The notes below the pieces were generated by a model. It made no database searches. It saw only the letters and a list, made by a program, of their open reading frames with translations, and was not told the origin of the DNA. DNA of 63,759 bases, counting the filler, from Octopus bimaculoides (lineage: Eukaryota), in assembly GCF_001194135.2 (NCBI RefSeq). It is 3 parts of 3 records of this genome, joined end to end, with 100 filler letters (N's around TTAATTAATTAA, not from the genome) between each part and the next. Parts side by side here need not be neighbours in the genome. Positions count along the whole stretch, not along the records: positions 1 to 28,073 come from NC_069004.1; positions 28,174 to 53,196 come from NC_068992.1; 1 more part is not named here. One strand, written 5' to 3'. Made by a program: the position numbers and the translations under genes. Below, one piece after another: positions 26,897 through 39,668 of this stretch (within the stretch, counting starts at the first letter, position 1; every line of letters begins with the position of its first letter).

Positions 26897-27085
26897 GGAA
26901 GAAAGAATGGGAGAAAGTTGTGGTGACAGAGTACAGCAAGGTTCGCCACCACCTCCTGCCGGAGCCTCGTGGCGCTTTAGGTGTTTTCGCTCAATAAACA
27001 CTGACAACGCCCGGTCTGGGAATCGAAACCACGATCCTACGACCGCGAGTCTGCTGCCCTAACCAATGCGCCATTGCGCCTCCAC
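26897..27085 (-). mobile_element. SINE family A, 5' half
   Basis: Reverse complement of about 61399-61580. Further head fragments at about 20599-20668 and 58504-58570 (minus); 3' part at about 22050-22190 (plus). Confidence 0.85.
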
Positions 27086-28117
27086 ATATAATATAATCCT
27101 TTCTACTCTAGGCACAAGGCTTGAAATTTGTGGGGAGGGGGCCAGTCGATCAGATCGACCCCAGTACGCAACTTGTACTTAATTTATCGACCCCGAAAAG
27201 ATGAAGGGCAAAGTCGACCTCGGCGGAATTTGAACACAGAACGTAAAGAGAGACGAATTACCGCTAAGCATTTCGCTCTGCGAATATAAATAAAACATAA
27301 AAAAACAGACAGAGTTGGAACTCTTTTAAATAATATATATATTTATATACATATAAAAAATTATATATATATATTTTATTTGTTTCAGTCATTGGACTGC
27401 GGCCATGCTGGAGCACCACCTTTAGTGCAGATATCTGTAAAAAGAAGAAAGACTGAAATAATATTCGAAAATTTTTTAGAGAAAATTCTTTCTTGTAAAT
27501 TTCGGAAATGGCAAAGAAGAAGATGAAAATGCTGGGTTCTTTGTTGGAAATGGGATCGTGGTTTGCTTCTTGTTGACCAAATTACTTGACCTAATACCAT
27601 TTAGCCAAATTCCACTTAACCCCATTCCACTGTCCTCGTCATCCTTAGATGGCTGCATTACGTCACTATGGTTACGGGGAACGATTTCCTTTCGCATCTC
27701 TCTAAGGAATTCATCTATTTTAGAAATCGGTCTTGAGAGGAAACCCACGCAAAACCTAGATAAGGGAATCTATGTCAAGATTTATAAACCTAATCGACTA
27801 TTTTTCTTTTCTATTTCTACTTTTTTTTAGTCATTGGACTGCGGCCATGCGGTGGCACCGGCTTGAAGAAATTTTAGTCGAACAAATCGAGATCAGTACT
27901 TAGTTTTCTATTTAAGTTTGGTACTTGTTCTGTCGGGGATTTTTTGGCCGATCTGCTTTGTTACAGTGAGTAAACAAACCAACAACGGTTGCCAAGCAGT
28001 GTGGGGGTGACAAAGACAAACATAAAACCACACACACTCACACATACATATGTTCATATACATACGAACACACNNNNNNNNNNNNNNNNNNNNNNNNNNN
28101 NNNNNNNNNNNNNNNNN

Positions 28118-28129
28118 TTAATTAATTAA
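28118..28129. other. Assembly linker TTAATTAATTAA inside an N gap (also 53241-53252)
   Basis: Identical 12-mer with stops in all six frames, embedded between N runs twice. Confidence 0.85.
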
Positions 28130-28335
28130 NNNNNNNNNNNNNNNNNNNNNNNNNNNNNNNNNNNNNNNNNNNNTATATATATATATATATGTATACACGA
28201 CGGGCTTCTTTCGGTTTTCGTCAAACAAATCCACTCACAAAGCTTTTGTCAGCCCGAGGCTGAAGTAGAAGACACTTGCCCAAAGTGCCATGCAGTGGCA
28301 TATATAAAATATATAAAATAAAAATAAAAACTCAC

Positions 28336-28411
28336 CTATTGTTTTTCGTTCTCTGAATGACTTCTTTCTCGAATGCATTTTGGAGTTGTTTTTAACGTGT
28401 TTTTCACTCAT
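28336..28411 (-). CDS. Candidate first coding exon of a MAP1LC3/Atg8-like gene
   Basis: MSEKHVKNNSKMHSRKKSFRERKTI+G followed by donor TAG|gtgagt in phase 1. MHSRKKSFRERKTI resembles LC3B MPSEKTFKQRRTF and LC3C PFKQRKSL, and as I recall the first LC3 intron falls at this position and phase. Exons 2-4 not found in the window. Confidence 0.42.
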
Positions 28412-30734
28412 GTTGATCTGTTTACTGCTGTATGTCAATGAGAACAATCAGCGAAGTGGATCAGAAAGTGTACGTGTTAAAGCGTTTTCAGGGTGAACAC
28501 AATTTGATCGGCAGGTGGCGTTTCAGTACTACATCTGATTCATTTATCTTCGTCACAAATATGGCGATAGTATTCTTAGGTTTTTATCTAACGATTGGCC
28601 AGAGATAAGTATTAGTTTGTTCCCTCCTATCTAGAGATCATTGTGTGTGCGTTTTTTATGTGTGTATGTGTATGTATTTTGTGTGTTTATATGCCTGTGT
28701 GTATTTTATATACGTATGTGTGTTTGTATGTCTGTGTGTGTGTGCGCTAGTGTGTGTGTGTGTGTAGCGTGTGCATGTGCGTGTGTGTGTGAGTGTATGT
28801 GTGCGCACATTGACTGTCAATATTCAGGACAAAGTATCTTTGTAATAGCTTGATTATTGCGGTTTTAATTAATCAATTATTTATTTATTTATTGGTTTAT
28901 ATATATAATGCGTGTGTGTGTGTAGCAATGTATGTATATATATATATATGTGTGTGTGTGTATATATATAATCACTTCCAAAGTTACCATGAAGATTATA
29001 TATATATATATATATATATNNNNNNNNNNNNNNNNNNNNNNNNNNNNNNNNNNNNNNNNNNNNNNNNNNNNNNNNNNNNNNNNNNNNNNNNNNNNNCTAT
29101 ATATATTATCTTCATGGTAACATTTGGAGTTATTCAAACGTCGATGAGGACAGTCTGATTAATCTGTGGTTTGAGAATCTTCAGGTGGGTGGTTATGGGA
29201 ATTTCTAGGCGTCCTTGATCTAGCAGGCCTGGCTTTGTCTGTTCGATCGCACTGGATCTGCTTGCAGCAGAACCGGTTCGAGACGCATGCACTGTGACGA
29301 AACTGGTGCAAACTCGTTTGGTGTAGTATTGATATCGAACAGCTGTTATAACGTGCCCGATAAATCCGGTCACTAACCAGATGTAACCTGAAGATCGGGC
29401 CATCGCATTCTTGTTTTGAAGAGGAGAGGATAGTTTTCCTCTATGGCATGGTGGTTGCGATTGAAAGTTTCGAGAACAGGCCTTTTCCTCTAAGACCAAT
29501 CCCTTAATATTTTCTTCAAAGTACTACTTTTAGCATAATGTGTGGGTTGAAGTGAACGTGGTGCCTTACAGTAAATGTTATAAGAGAACTGGGGAATTTT
29601 GGCGTGGTTAATTAAGAAGAATCCGAATAACAATATAGTTGCTTCCGTTTATTTCGAAGATCCTTTCCAGTTCTTGTACTCATAAGCTTGCTTGCTCTGT
29701 TGCACTGATGAATCATTTAAAGAATGGATTTACTTCTTACACGATGTTGCAAGAACACGACTAATGATTACTAATCGAAGAACTTTATTAATCTTCTCAA
29801 ATATACTATGAAAGTTAGTTTAAGTTCAATCCTTAGTTATTTCGAAGGTATGCAAACTTAAATCATTATATATATAATCAGTCAACTGCCCTCTCTCCCT
29901 AAAATTACTAACCTTGTGCCAAAATTTGAAACTATTATTATTAGTATTATCTTGATATTCCGCCGAGGCCGACTTTGCCTTTCATCCTTTCGGGGTCGAT
30001 AAATTAAGTACCAGTTGCGTCCTGGGCTCGATCTAATCGACTGACCCCCTCCCCAAAATTTTGGGTCTTGTGCCTAGAGTAGAAAAGAATATTATCTTGA
30101 TATAATTTATCATAATGGTTTCAATTTTTGGCACTAGGCCAGCAGTTTCAATGGCGGGGCAAGTTGCTCAACTGGTACTTATTTGATCGGCCCCGAAAAG
30201 ATGAAAAGCAAAGTCGAACTCGACGGAATTTGAACTCAGAACATAAAGACGGACGAAATGCCATTAAGCATTTCGTCCGACGGGCTGTTTCTGCCAGCTC
30301 AACGGCTTCATATAACCCACTTTATTAAACTAATATCTTATAACCAGGTCTGTACGTGTAGCACAAGTAATAATCCGTTGAGCAGTCATTAATTTCATTG
30401 ATTAAGGACCGGGTTCAATTCCTGCCAGTCATTTTCGAAATTGCACTTTCTCCTATTGTTGATCTACAGAAAATATTTATTATATTTAGTTCACTAAACT
30501 ACAGCTGCTCCAGCACATCACCTTTATGTGTCTGGGTATATATTACATTATATAACAGAAATTTATACAGAGTCAAGATGCTACCAACTAACTGGGGTAA
30601 AGCAAGCCCCAAGCAGCGCAGTGAACAGAGACAACAACAGGATCTTTTACTTGGTATATAAAATCATTGTTTTATATTGTTATCTACTGTAATCTACATA
30701 TCAATGTCTTTAGTGAAATTGCTCATAGTTTCTT

Positions 30735-32133
30735 GTTTGCTCTAAGTTCAACTCTCATCGGGGTCGATAATAGTACCAATCCCCTCCTTGGGTTTATATA
30801 TTCGACTAATCCCACCTTCTTGCTAAATTGATGGCCTTATGCTTAAATTAAAAGCTATTAAGGTCGGTAACTGGTAAAATCGTTGCGCATCGAATAAAAT
30901 GTTGCGCAGTATTTTTTCTGTTTTTTTTTTTATATATATATTCTAAGTTCAAATCCCACAGATGTCAACTTCGTCTTTCATCCCTCTGGGGTCGATAAGA
31001 TAAAATACCACTCTATTACCGGGTTCGATAGAAATGACCAATCCAAAACCATTGGCTCTATACGTAGATCAGAAATTACTGAAGGCAGCGGGCTGGCAGA
31101 ATCATTGGAGCATCGGAAGACAAGTATCGCAGTATTTCCTTCAAATCATTATTCCTACCGTTCAAACCCTATCAAAGTCAACTTTGTCTTTCATCCCTCT
31201 GGGGGGTCGATAAAATAAAAATGCTAGTCAAGTATTGGAGTCAATGGAAACGCTTAAACCCTCAAAATTGTTGGATTGTGTCTAACTTAGAAACGATTAC
31301 AGAAAATCGTGAGTCAAAATCAGAAAGCTTTACTGCTACTATTATTGCTGCTGCTACTATTATTGCTGCTGCTACTACAACTACTACTAATGTTATCATT
31401 ATTATTGTTTATAGAAGGCGAGCTGGCAGAATCATTAGCACGCTGGGCGAAATGCTTCGCGGTATTTCGTCCGTCTTTACGTTCTGAGTTCAAATTCCAC
31501 CGAGGTCGACTTTGCCTTTCATCCTTCCAGGGTCGATAAAATAAGTACCAGTGAAACACTGGGGTTGATGCAATCAACTAGTTCCCTCCCATCAAATGTC
31601 AGGCCTTGTGTCTTCTGTAGAAAGGATTATTATTGTTTATACGAGGCGAGTTAGCAGAATCGCTACCGTGCCGGAAAAAATGCTTAGCGGTATTTCGTCC
31701 GTCTTTGAGTCCCAAGTTCGAATACCACCGGGATACACTTTACCTTTCGTCTATAAAATAAGTACCAGTTGAGCAATGGGGTCAGTGTAGTCGTCTTACC
31801 CCTCCCCACGAAACTGCTGGCCTTGTGCCCAAATTTGAAACCAAAATTATTGAGATTGTTATCATCATGATCATCATCATCATCATCGTCGTCGTCGTCG
31901 TCGTCATCATCGGGGTAATAGATGGCAGAATTGTTAGAGCGTCGAACAAACTGCTCTGCAGTAACTGTTCCGTCTTTTTGCGTTATGAATTCGAATCCGT
32001 ACGTGCTAAGCCATGCTTTTTATCCCTCCAGAGCCGATGAAATAAAGTATGAGTCAAGTACTAAGGTCGATGTAATCGGCAAACCCACTTCCCTTCAAAA
32101 CTGTTGGCCTTGTGCTTAAATCAAAAAAATCAT
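30735..32133 (+). mobile_element. Head-to-tail array of about six SINE family B copies
   Basis: Repeated aaggc..gagctggcagaat...gttcaaattcc...gtcgactttgcctttcatcc...gggtcgataaaataagtaccag...ggccttgtg units starting at about 30735, 30859, 31082, 31413, 31642 and 31913. Confidence 0.8.
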
Positions 32134-32810
32134 TGTCACCATCATCATCATCATCAACATCATCCTTATTATCAACATCCTTTTTCTTATAATCATCATC
32201 ATCATCATCATCTTTTTTCTTTTGTTATTACATTTCATTATTTTCTGTCAAGGTCAGATTATATCTCGATAAAAAAGCAAAACAACTAAGTTTAAAAGGT
32301 CAACACATTTCGCCCTAATTCTATGAGGGGTGGTACGAGCTGGCTGTGCTATATAATTGGAAAAGGGGTGCTTTAAGAGGTGCTCTAATCTTAAAGAAAA
32401 CTGTAATTTATGCTAATTATTAACTGTTTTTTTTTTGTTTGTTTGTTTTCTTCAATATGTTGCTACATTGAAAATACAAAGACAACTGAACAGTGTAAAT
32501 GTTATATAATGTCTAAAAATAATATGGGACGGTCAGGTTCGGAACGCTATGATAACAAGTGTGATTGATTACAAGTAATCTCTGGTCAGTGTACTATTGG
32601 TAAATGCCGTCTTAATCAGAAAACAGCAGCAAATGCCGGTTTAAATACTTAACGATGATTCTGATTTTTTCCTCTTCGGCTAAAGAGTGATTCTAATTCT
32701 TTCCTCTTTGGTTTGGTGCATTTCTCCATTTCCTCCTCTTCGTGTCTGCGCTGTCAGGTCAACAAATGACGCCTGTTGACCTCCTTAGCAAACACACTAT
32801 GTTTGTCGTG

Positions 32811-32849
<39 letters not shown>

Positions 32850-33799
32850 AGAAATTTGTTAAGTTATGTTTTAGCCGAACTATGGACAAATCAACGTGGG
32901 ATTTTCCTGAAAACTTCTCATATGAAATATCAAGAATTAAATAATATACAGAACATTCGTTTTTATACAAAACAGACGTTTTGTATAAATGAGAAGTTTT
33001 GTATGAAAAAAGTAAAATGAAACACATTAGTTTTTTTATAGGAAGTAAAGTCTTTTAAAAGTAAGACGTGAAGTGGAAGATTTTGTGGAAACGTGTGTGC
33101 AATGAAAGCAGATGGTCTGTCATAGGTGAGTATATTGAATAAATATAAGGGCAACACCTTAACAATGATAGAAGAAAAAACATAAACATAAAGTCAACAA
33201 TATACGTGAAACCGGAAAAAGCACGGAAATTGCAAAGTGCCAACTTTCTTGTAGAGAGCGGGGGCTCACATAAACAGTTACATATATAGTAATTTAGGAA
33301 AATGCTTTACGGTACGATGAAGGTAAGACCGTTAAAGGTTCACTAAAGCAAAGAAAAAACATCTTAATGTTGACGTTGACCAAGCAGGATGCCAAAAACA
33401 TTCGGATCCTGTTTATACATCTGTAAGTCTGAAACACTAAGCAGCAATGTAATTGCAAAAAATAAATACACGCTCAACTCTGAAATGAAAAATATACTTT
33501 TAATAGAACAAAAGATATTAGGAGATATTAATCAACAGAGCATAGCTGAAGGTTTTGGAGCGAGGGAAAAATGTGGCCTAAAAATTTGTCCTGGGAATGG
33601 AAAGGAATAAAGTTATTACCAGACTGTTTTTAACAGTTTATCCCGGCTGTTATTTCTCGGAACATCAGACATTAGCATCAGCAAGATTCGAGCACAACAA
33701 ACGTGCCATTAGTTATTGAAAAAATATATGTTTACAAATACGAATTAAAGAATATTAAATAAGTAACTACTCCTGGTTATTATCCTTACTATTTAAGTT

Positions 33800-34260
33800 A
33801 TTCACTCCCTATGAAGCATTGGCCATCGAGGAATTTTCTTCATTGTTCTTGATTTTCCACTGTTCTTTCTGCTTCTTTCTAGTTGGATCCCTTATTCAGA
33901 TCTCCCTCAGTATTTCGTTTCCAGCTATTTTACCGCGTTCTCTCTTCCACGTCCATAGTATTTTCCAGGCCAGAACCTGACGTGTAAAGCAGACGGTTGG
34001 TGTCCTTTCGGATTTTGCTGTACAGCGCTATATGTTTCTCTGAATAAAGGACCTTCTTCTCCCAAATCTTGTTAGTTTTTAATTGTTATCGATGCTTCTA
34101 GATAGGGGTAGTGGCTCTACAGAAATCCATTTTTACCCCTAGTCCTGTCCTCTGACCTGTCCACAAGTGAGGCTTTCCTAGATTCTTGCACTCCGCTAGC
34201 ATAGCCCTCAGAGGTATTGTGGTACACAAGGTACCGCACTGCAACAAAGACTAGACTTTG
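33800..34260 (-). mobile_element. Degenerate RTE-type LINE fragment
   Basis: Minus translation has relics of the RTE C-terminus (NSWKRNTEGDL...AERTVENQEQ); many stops. Confidence 0.5.
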
Positions 34261-35501
34261 TGGCGATAATCCCTTTTAATAAAGGAAGATTCAAAAAAGA
34301 TATCCTTGCCTCTACTCCCTTTCTTTTTTGGCTAAACAAGCTTTTACTGATATTTTAAACCAGTCTGGGATCGACTACAAATGCTGTGAGATGACTTTCA
34401 GCTATTTCTTCAATATACATGACGTAAAATTTTACACTTCAGCTGAAAAACGCAGGAAACCCTATTACATGAGGTGTACACGAACTCAGGAAGGAAATTA
34501 CCATAAAATGATGGTGGGAAAGAAAAATACGTCAAGACACACTTAAAGAGAGAAAAATTAATAAAAGCACTTATAACATAGATAAATAAATAACATATTA
34601 GATAACATATTAGATAAATAAATAGAGATAAGCTCAAGGACATCCACACAAATATTCTAAAATTAATGAAGTAGACAAAGTACAACACATACAAGTGAAA
34701 GTTAAGGTTAGGAAAAAATATAGCATACGTTTCAGCTAAATGCTCTAAATAAAAATGAAAGCGATCAGAGCCGTGTCCGTGGAATCGTTGTAATAGACTT
34801 AACTCCTTTCTCCAAAAAGCTGGTCTGTGCCAAAATTTGAAGCAATGTAAGGCAGCTAACAGAACTGTGAGCGTGTCGGACAAAATACGTCCTGGGTTCA
34901 AATTGCATTTCATCTTTTCGAGGTCGATAAAATAAGTTCCGTTCTAGCACTGGTGTAAATATAATAGACTCCACAATCCCCTCAAAATTGCTGGTCTTGT
35001 ACCAAAACTTGAAAACGATATTTGAAACGTTTTGGACAAAGACATAGCTATATTGTTATGAAGTTCGCTTCGCATCTGCGTGACTTCAAGATAAATCCTG
35101 CTGCGTAGAACTTTGGACAAGTGACTTCCACCATAGATTCATATCATCAAAATCTTTGTGAATAAAACTTTGGTAATCGGGAATCATGCAAACGAAAACG
35201 CTTGCATTCATCTCATGGGTTGTACTCTTAATCCGTTTGCCCGGTTAAACACAGCTACCTAGCCCTTGACTCATTTTAGTACAACCCACTCTGTTGGAAT
35301 GCAAGTATTCGAACCCTCTATTCCTCCCTTCTGCTTATCAACTGCAGGGGCCTCTAAAGGGTGTCTTTACTTTCTTGACTAGAAAATTAAAAGGAAAATA
35401 GTATTTAAAATAACAATTGAAGGCATTTTATAAATTATGAAGTAATTTATTCAAAAATTATTTACACTAAAGCCTCTAAAAACCTCGGCAGAACATATGT
35501 A

Positions 35502-35550
<49 letters not shown>

Positions 35551-35896
35551 GTATTTGTTTACGGGAAACGTTTTAAATATGCAAATAAAGCTCATATTCC
35601 ATTATGCCGGCCACAGTTGCATCAAGTTGTACCGATATAATATAGGGAAAATACAATAATAATAACAATAATCCTTGGATGGAATACACAAAAATTTAAT
35701 GCATCACTACGTGCGTTTCCACAAGTCACATGACTCTTAAGACCACAGTCCGTATTCCTAGGATGAGTACAGTATATTCCGTAGTATCCGTGACATGTGT
35801 CCATTCAAAGTTTATTGTTAATATATATGTAAATATATATATATATATAATATTATGCTAAACACATTAAATTACTATGATTATTATCATTATTAC

Positions 35897-35971
<75 letters not shown>

Positions 35972-36739
35972 CATCATCATCATTGTCGTTGTTGTTGTTA
36001 AGGCTGCAAGCTGGCAGAATCGCTAGCGCGTCGAGCGAAATGCTTAGCGGCAATTCGTCCGTCTTTACGTTCTGAGTTCAAATTCCGCAGAGGTCGACTT
36101 TGCCTTTCATCTTTTCGGAGTCGATAAAACAAGTACCAATTGAGTACTAGGGTCTATGCAAGCGACTTACCCTCTCCCCAAAATTGCTGGCCTTGTGCCA
36201 AAGTTTGAAATCACTATTGTTGTTATTGTTGTTGTGGTTGTTGTTGTTGATGATGATGATTGTATTGTTTTTCATGATTGTGTTCTTATGCTTGTTTTTC
36301 TTTTATCCCCACCGTTATTTTATACGTAATTTATCATTAAGCGCCCTCATTTTTCGCCCTTGAGTTCAAAAATTAGGAAATAAATATTTCTCTGTTCTTG
36401 CGATGTCCCCCCTCATGTATGCCCCAGGGGTTAATAAAATAAATTATTATCATTATTGTAGTTGAATTTGTTGTTGTTGTTGTTATTGATATTGTCCGTT
36501 GTCATTGTTCTTGTTGTTATGGTTCTTGTTACTGTCACAGTTTTGCTTCAACGGAGAGTGCTTCTTTGAATTTCGCTTTGCGGTACTCAGCGGACATTAA
36601 CATCTGTTAAATTAGTCCAGACAGAAAAGGAACGGTACGTTTCATTTCGTGCTTTCTTTCATGTTTTTGTAAGAATACGGAGAAGTATCCTTTGGAGTAA
36701 TAGCATTAACACACACATATGCGCGCGCACACATACTCA

Positions 36740-36940
36740 ACAATACAAGGAATTTTGGAGAAATATTTCCCATCAACACTTCTAGCAAGTGCAAACATAA
36801 CTGGCCAGATATTGTTATTTGGCATAAAAAAGAAGCCATGTACATTCTCAGGGATCAGCTGCCCTCCAGATGTGACTCTGTTCCAGAATTAGTAAGAAGG
36901 AGAGTATACATACATATACACACACACACATATATTCATG

Positions 36941-36974
<34 letters not shown>

Positions 36975-37162
36975 GTTTTTATTAAAGCTGCGAAAACATC
37001 ACAAAAACTGCTACTCAAAGTTTCACGTTCCCGTTCGTCGGGCAGTTGTGATCAAGAATGGGATAAAATTGTGATGCTACCTGTAATATAGGATTTGAGT
37101 AGCATATAATATATGATCTGAGTAGCAGTCTTTTTTTTTGTTTACATACATATGCATATATG

Positions 37163-37229
<67 letters not shown>

Positions 37230-37330
37230 GCTTCAAAATCTAGAGCCCTACTCTGATTATAAATTGACATTTACTCCAATAATCGTTGGAACACTTGGTT
37301 ATGTTAGTAAATGTCCAAGCGTCGAATCTA
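36740..37330 (+). mobile_element. Restriction-like-endonuclease (R2/R4/NeSL-type) non-LTR retrotransposon 3' fragment split by microsatellites
   Basis: TSSKCKHNWPDIVIWHKKE, ISCPPDV and TFTPIIVGTLGYVSKC are RLE-domain motifs. Confidence 0.7.
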
Positions 37331-37394
37331 GAAAATCTAGAACTAATTTCCTTTTTCTGATGATTCATCAGTTACCCTATCTCCCATTTCAGAG

Positions 37395-37935
37395 TAAGTT
37401 TATGTTTCAACATAAACCAAAGGTACCTTCAGCTCTGACTGTTTAGCATCCACCATGGAGCATGAAGGTAACTCTATAATGGTATCGGTACCCTTATATC
37501 AGAATTTTCTTGACCTTTTAGTTGTTCTATGCGGCAGCGTTAACACAAAGGATTATCAGAGTATTTTGGCTGGTCATGTCCATTCTATGATACAAACATT
37601 GTTCCCTGGTCGTAGCGCATTCTTTCAGGACAATAAAGCGCCCAAAGCCGATACGAAGAGCACAAAAGTAAAGCAAACCATCTGGATTGACCTCCATAAT
37701 AACTAGATCTCAATATAATCGAAGATTTGTGACGCATTTTACTGCATTAAGTGAGGAACTTCATTGTGCCAACACCGATAAAAGTGATAAAAGTTTTAGT
37801 TGGTGAATGGTTCAACGATCCATTAACAACTGTTCAGAACCTGTAGAAATCATATTAACCTTGTGATGAATACCAAAGGTGCACCAAATCCGTTTAAAAC
37901 AATAAAGCTTCCTTTAACATTCCGTTTTTCTTTTA
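37395..37935 (+). pseudogene. Tc1-like transposase relic (DDE domain)
   Basis: MFQHKPK, GSVNTKDYQSILAGHVHSMIQTLFPGRSAFFQDNKAP and a degenerate DLNIIE; frameshifts and stops. Confidence 0.8.
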
Positions 37936-38594
37936 TCTGGGCTAATTTAACAGATGTTAGTGTCCGCTGAGTATTACAAATTAAAATTGCAATCTTATGT
38001 CCATATGTGTGTGTGAGAGAGGGAGAGAGAATGGAGAGAGAGAGAGAGCGTGTGTGTGTGAGTGTGTATCAATTATTTTATGAATGTTCGCGTATCGAGC
38101 CAAGATATATACACTCATAGATATACATACACACACACATACATACATATATGCAGACATATAAATATGCATAACGTATAGCATATATCTATGATTATTA
38201 TATATTATACATTCGTATAGATACACACACGCATATCTTTGTATATGTGTGTGTGTGTGTGTCTGTGCCTCTGTATGTGTGTATTATGTGTATTTATATA
38301 TGCAAGTAGCATATATGTATGCATGTATGTATGCATGTATGTATGCATGCATGTATGCATGCATGTATGCAAATATGTATGTAAATTAAGAACCACATTT
38401 CTCATTTCGTGTTTCACTGTCGGCTTTAAAAACAGACCCTCTCAGAATTAAAGAGTAAAATTCGTGTAATATCCATCTATTGGAATTTTCTTTCCTCTTT
38501 CTACCTCTTCTTCATATCACATTCTTTAACCGGTAACAGCATTATTTTGATTGTTGAAAATTTTCCTCGAAATTCTTTCATATCATCGATTTTT

Positions 38595-38753
38595 TTACTC
38601 AACCCTATGAGTTTCCAACCAGGAATCTAGAAGTTGGTAAGTTAGTGTTTGTTTAGATGGTACTTTGTAACCTTCTTCGTGTTTCCCTTTAATCATGAGT
38701 TCAGCTTCGGAGAAATGGAACCAAGAGGCATCTTTTAGTTCTTCTTCGTTAAC
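38595..38753 (-). CDS. NUDT12: NUDT12-like terminal exon
   Basis: Acceptor tttcttgcag|GTT, phase 0. VNEEELKDASWFHFSEAELMIKGKHEEGYKVPSKQTLTYQLLDSWLETHRVE* aligns to human VDKNEIEDARWF...VPPSRAIAHQLIKHW. TAA at 38597-38595. Confidence 0.92.
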   Translation of the reverse strand, partial: VNEEELKDASWFHFSEAELMIKGKHEEGYKVPSKQTLTYQLLDSWLETHRVE

Positions 38754-39242
38754 CTGCAAGAAAAGAAGCAAAGAAAATAGTAAAAAAAATAACATTTGTT
38801 TTAAACGAATGTGACAGAAACTATTGTTATTATTATTAACTTTCTCAAGTTTTACTACAAAAAGAACGTGAGGGTGGAGTAAGAAGTGCTGCTTCCCAGC
38901 AATTTTGTTTAAAAGTGGGTGAATGTGTCAAGAATGGTCCGAGTGACCGGGTCTACTCTAAGTATGCGCCTATAGACTAAAGGAAGACAATGCGGAGACG
39001 GCACTTGCTTTGGTGATCAGGGCGACCGTGGTTTGATGGGGTTTCCACAAGCAGCCCTAGGTAGTCTCCCTCATTCGGGGAATTATTCATTGCTAGAATT
39101 TACATTGTTACTGTTTTTTTTCTAATTTTTACACGCTTCTTTATCTAACCCTGCATTTTATTTCCTGTACCGTTCCCAATGTTTGAGTGAACACTTAGTG
39201 GTAAATAAAGTATTATTATCAACATCATCATCATCATCATCA

Positions 39243-39285
<43 letters not shown>

Positions 39286-39635
39286 CATTACTATTATTAT
39301 TATTACACCGGGCAAAATGCTTAACAGTATTTCGTCTGTCTTTACGTTCTGAGTTCAAATTCCGTCGAGGTCGACTTTGCTTTTCATCCTTTCGGGGTCG
39401 ATGAATTATGTACTGGTCAGGTACTGGGGCTGATGTGATCGACCTTCCCCATCCCCCAAATTTCAGGTCTTGTGCCTATAGCAGAAAGAATTATTGCTGT
39501 TGTTGTTGTTGTCGTCGTCATCCTCCTCATCATCAGGAGGAGGAGAAGAAGGTGGGGGTGAAGGAGGAGATGGAGGTGGAAGTGGAGAAGAAGAAGAAGA
39601 AGAAGAAGAAGAAGAAGAAGAAGAAGAAGAAGAAG

Positions 39636-39668
<33 letters not shown>

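Noticed and set aside
27476-27748. 90-aa minus ORF just downstream of the LC3-like exon
   Set aside because: No resemblance to LC3 exon 2; the 56-nt AG-GT candidate has a stop in the required phase.
28118-28129. TTAATTAATTAA islands in gaps (also 53241-53252) as a biological motif
   Set aside because: Six-frame-stop linker pattern embedded in Ns; assembly artefact.
29134-29499. 121-aa minus ORF in non-repetitive-looking sequence
   Set aside because: No recognisable motif or convincing splice sites; cannot be supported without a search.
30735-32133. CRISPR-like repeat-spacer array
   Set aside because: Units are about 220-bp diverged SINEs in a eukaryotic context; no short identical repeats with unique spacers and no cas genes.
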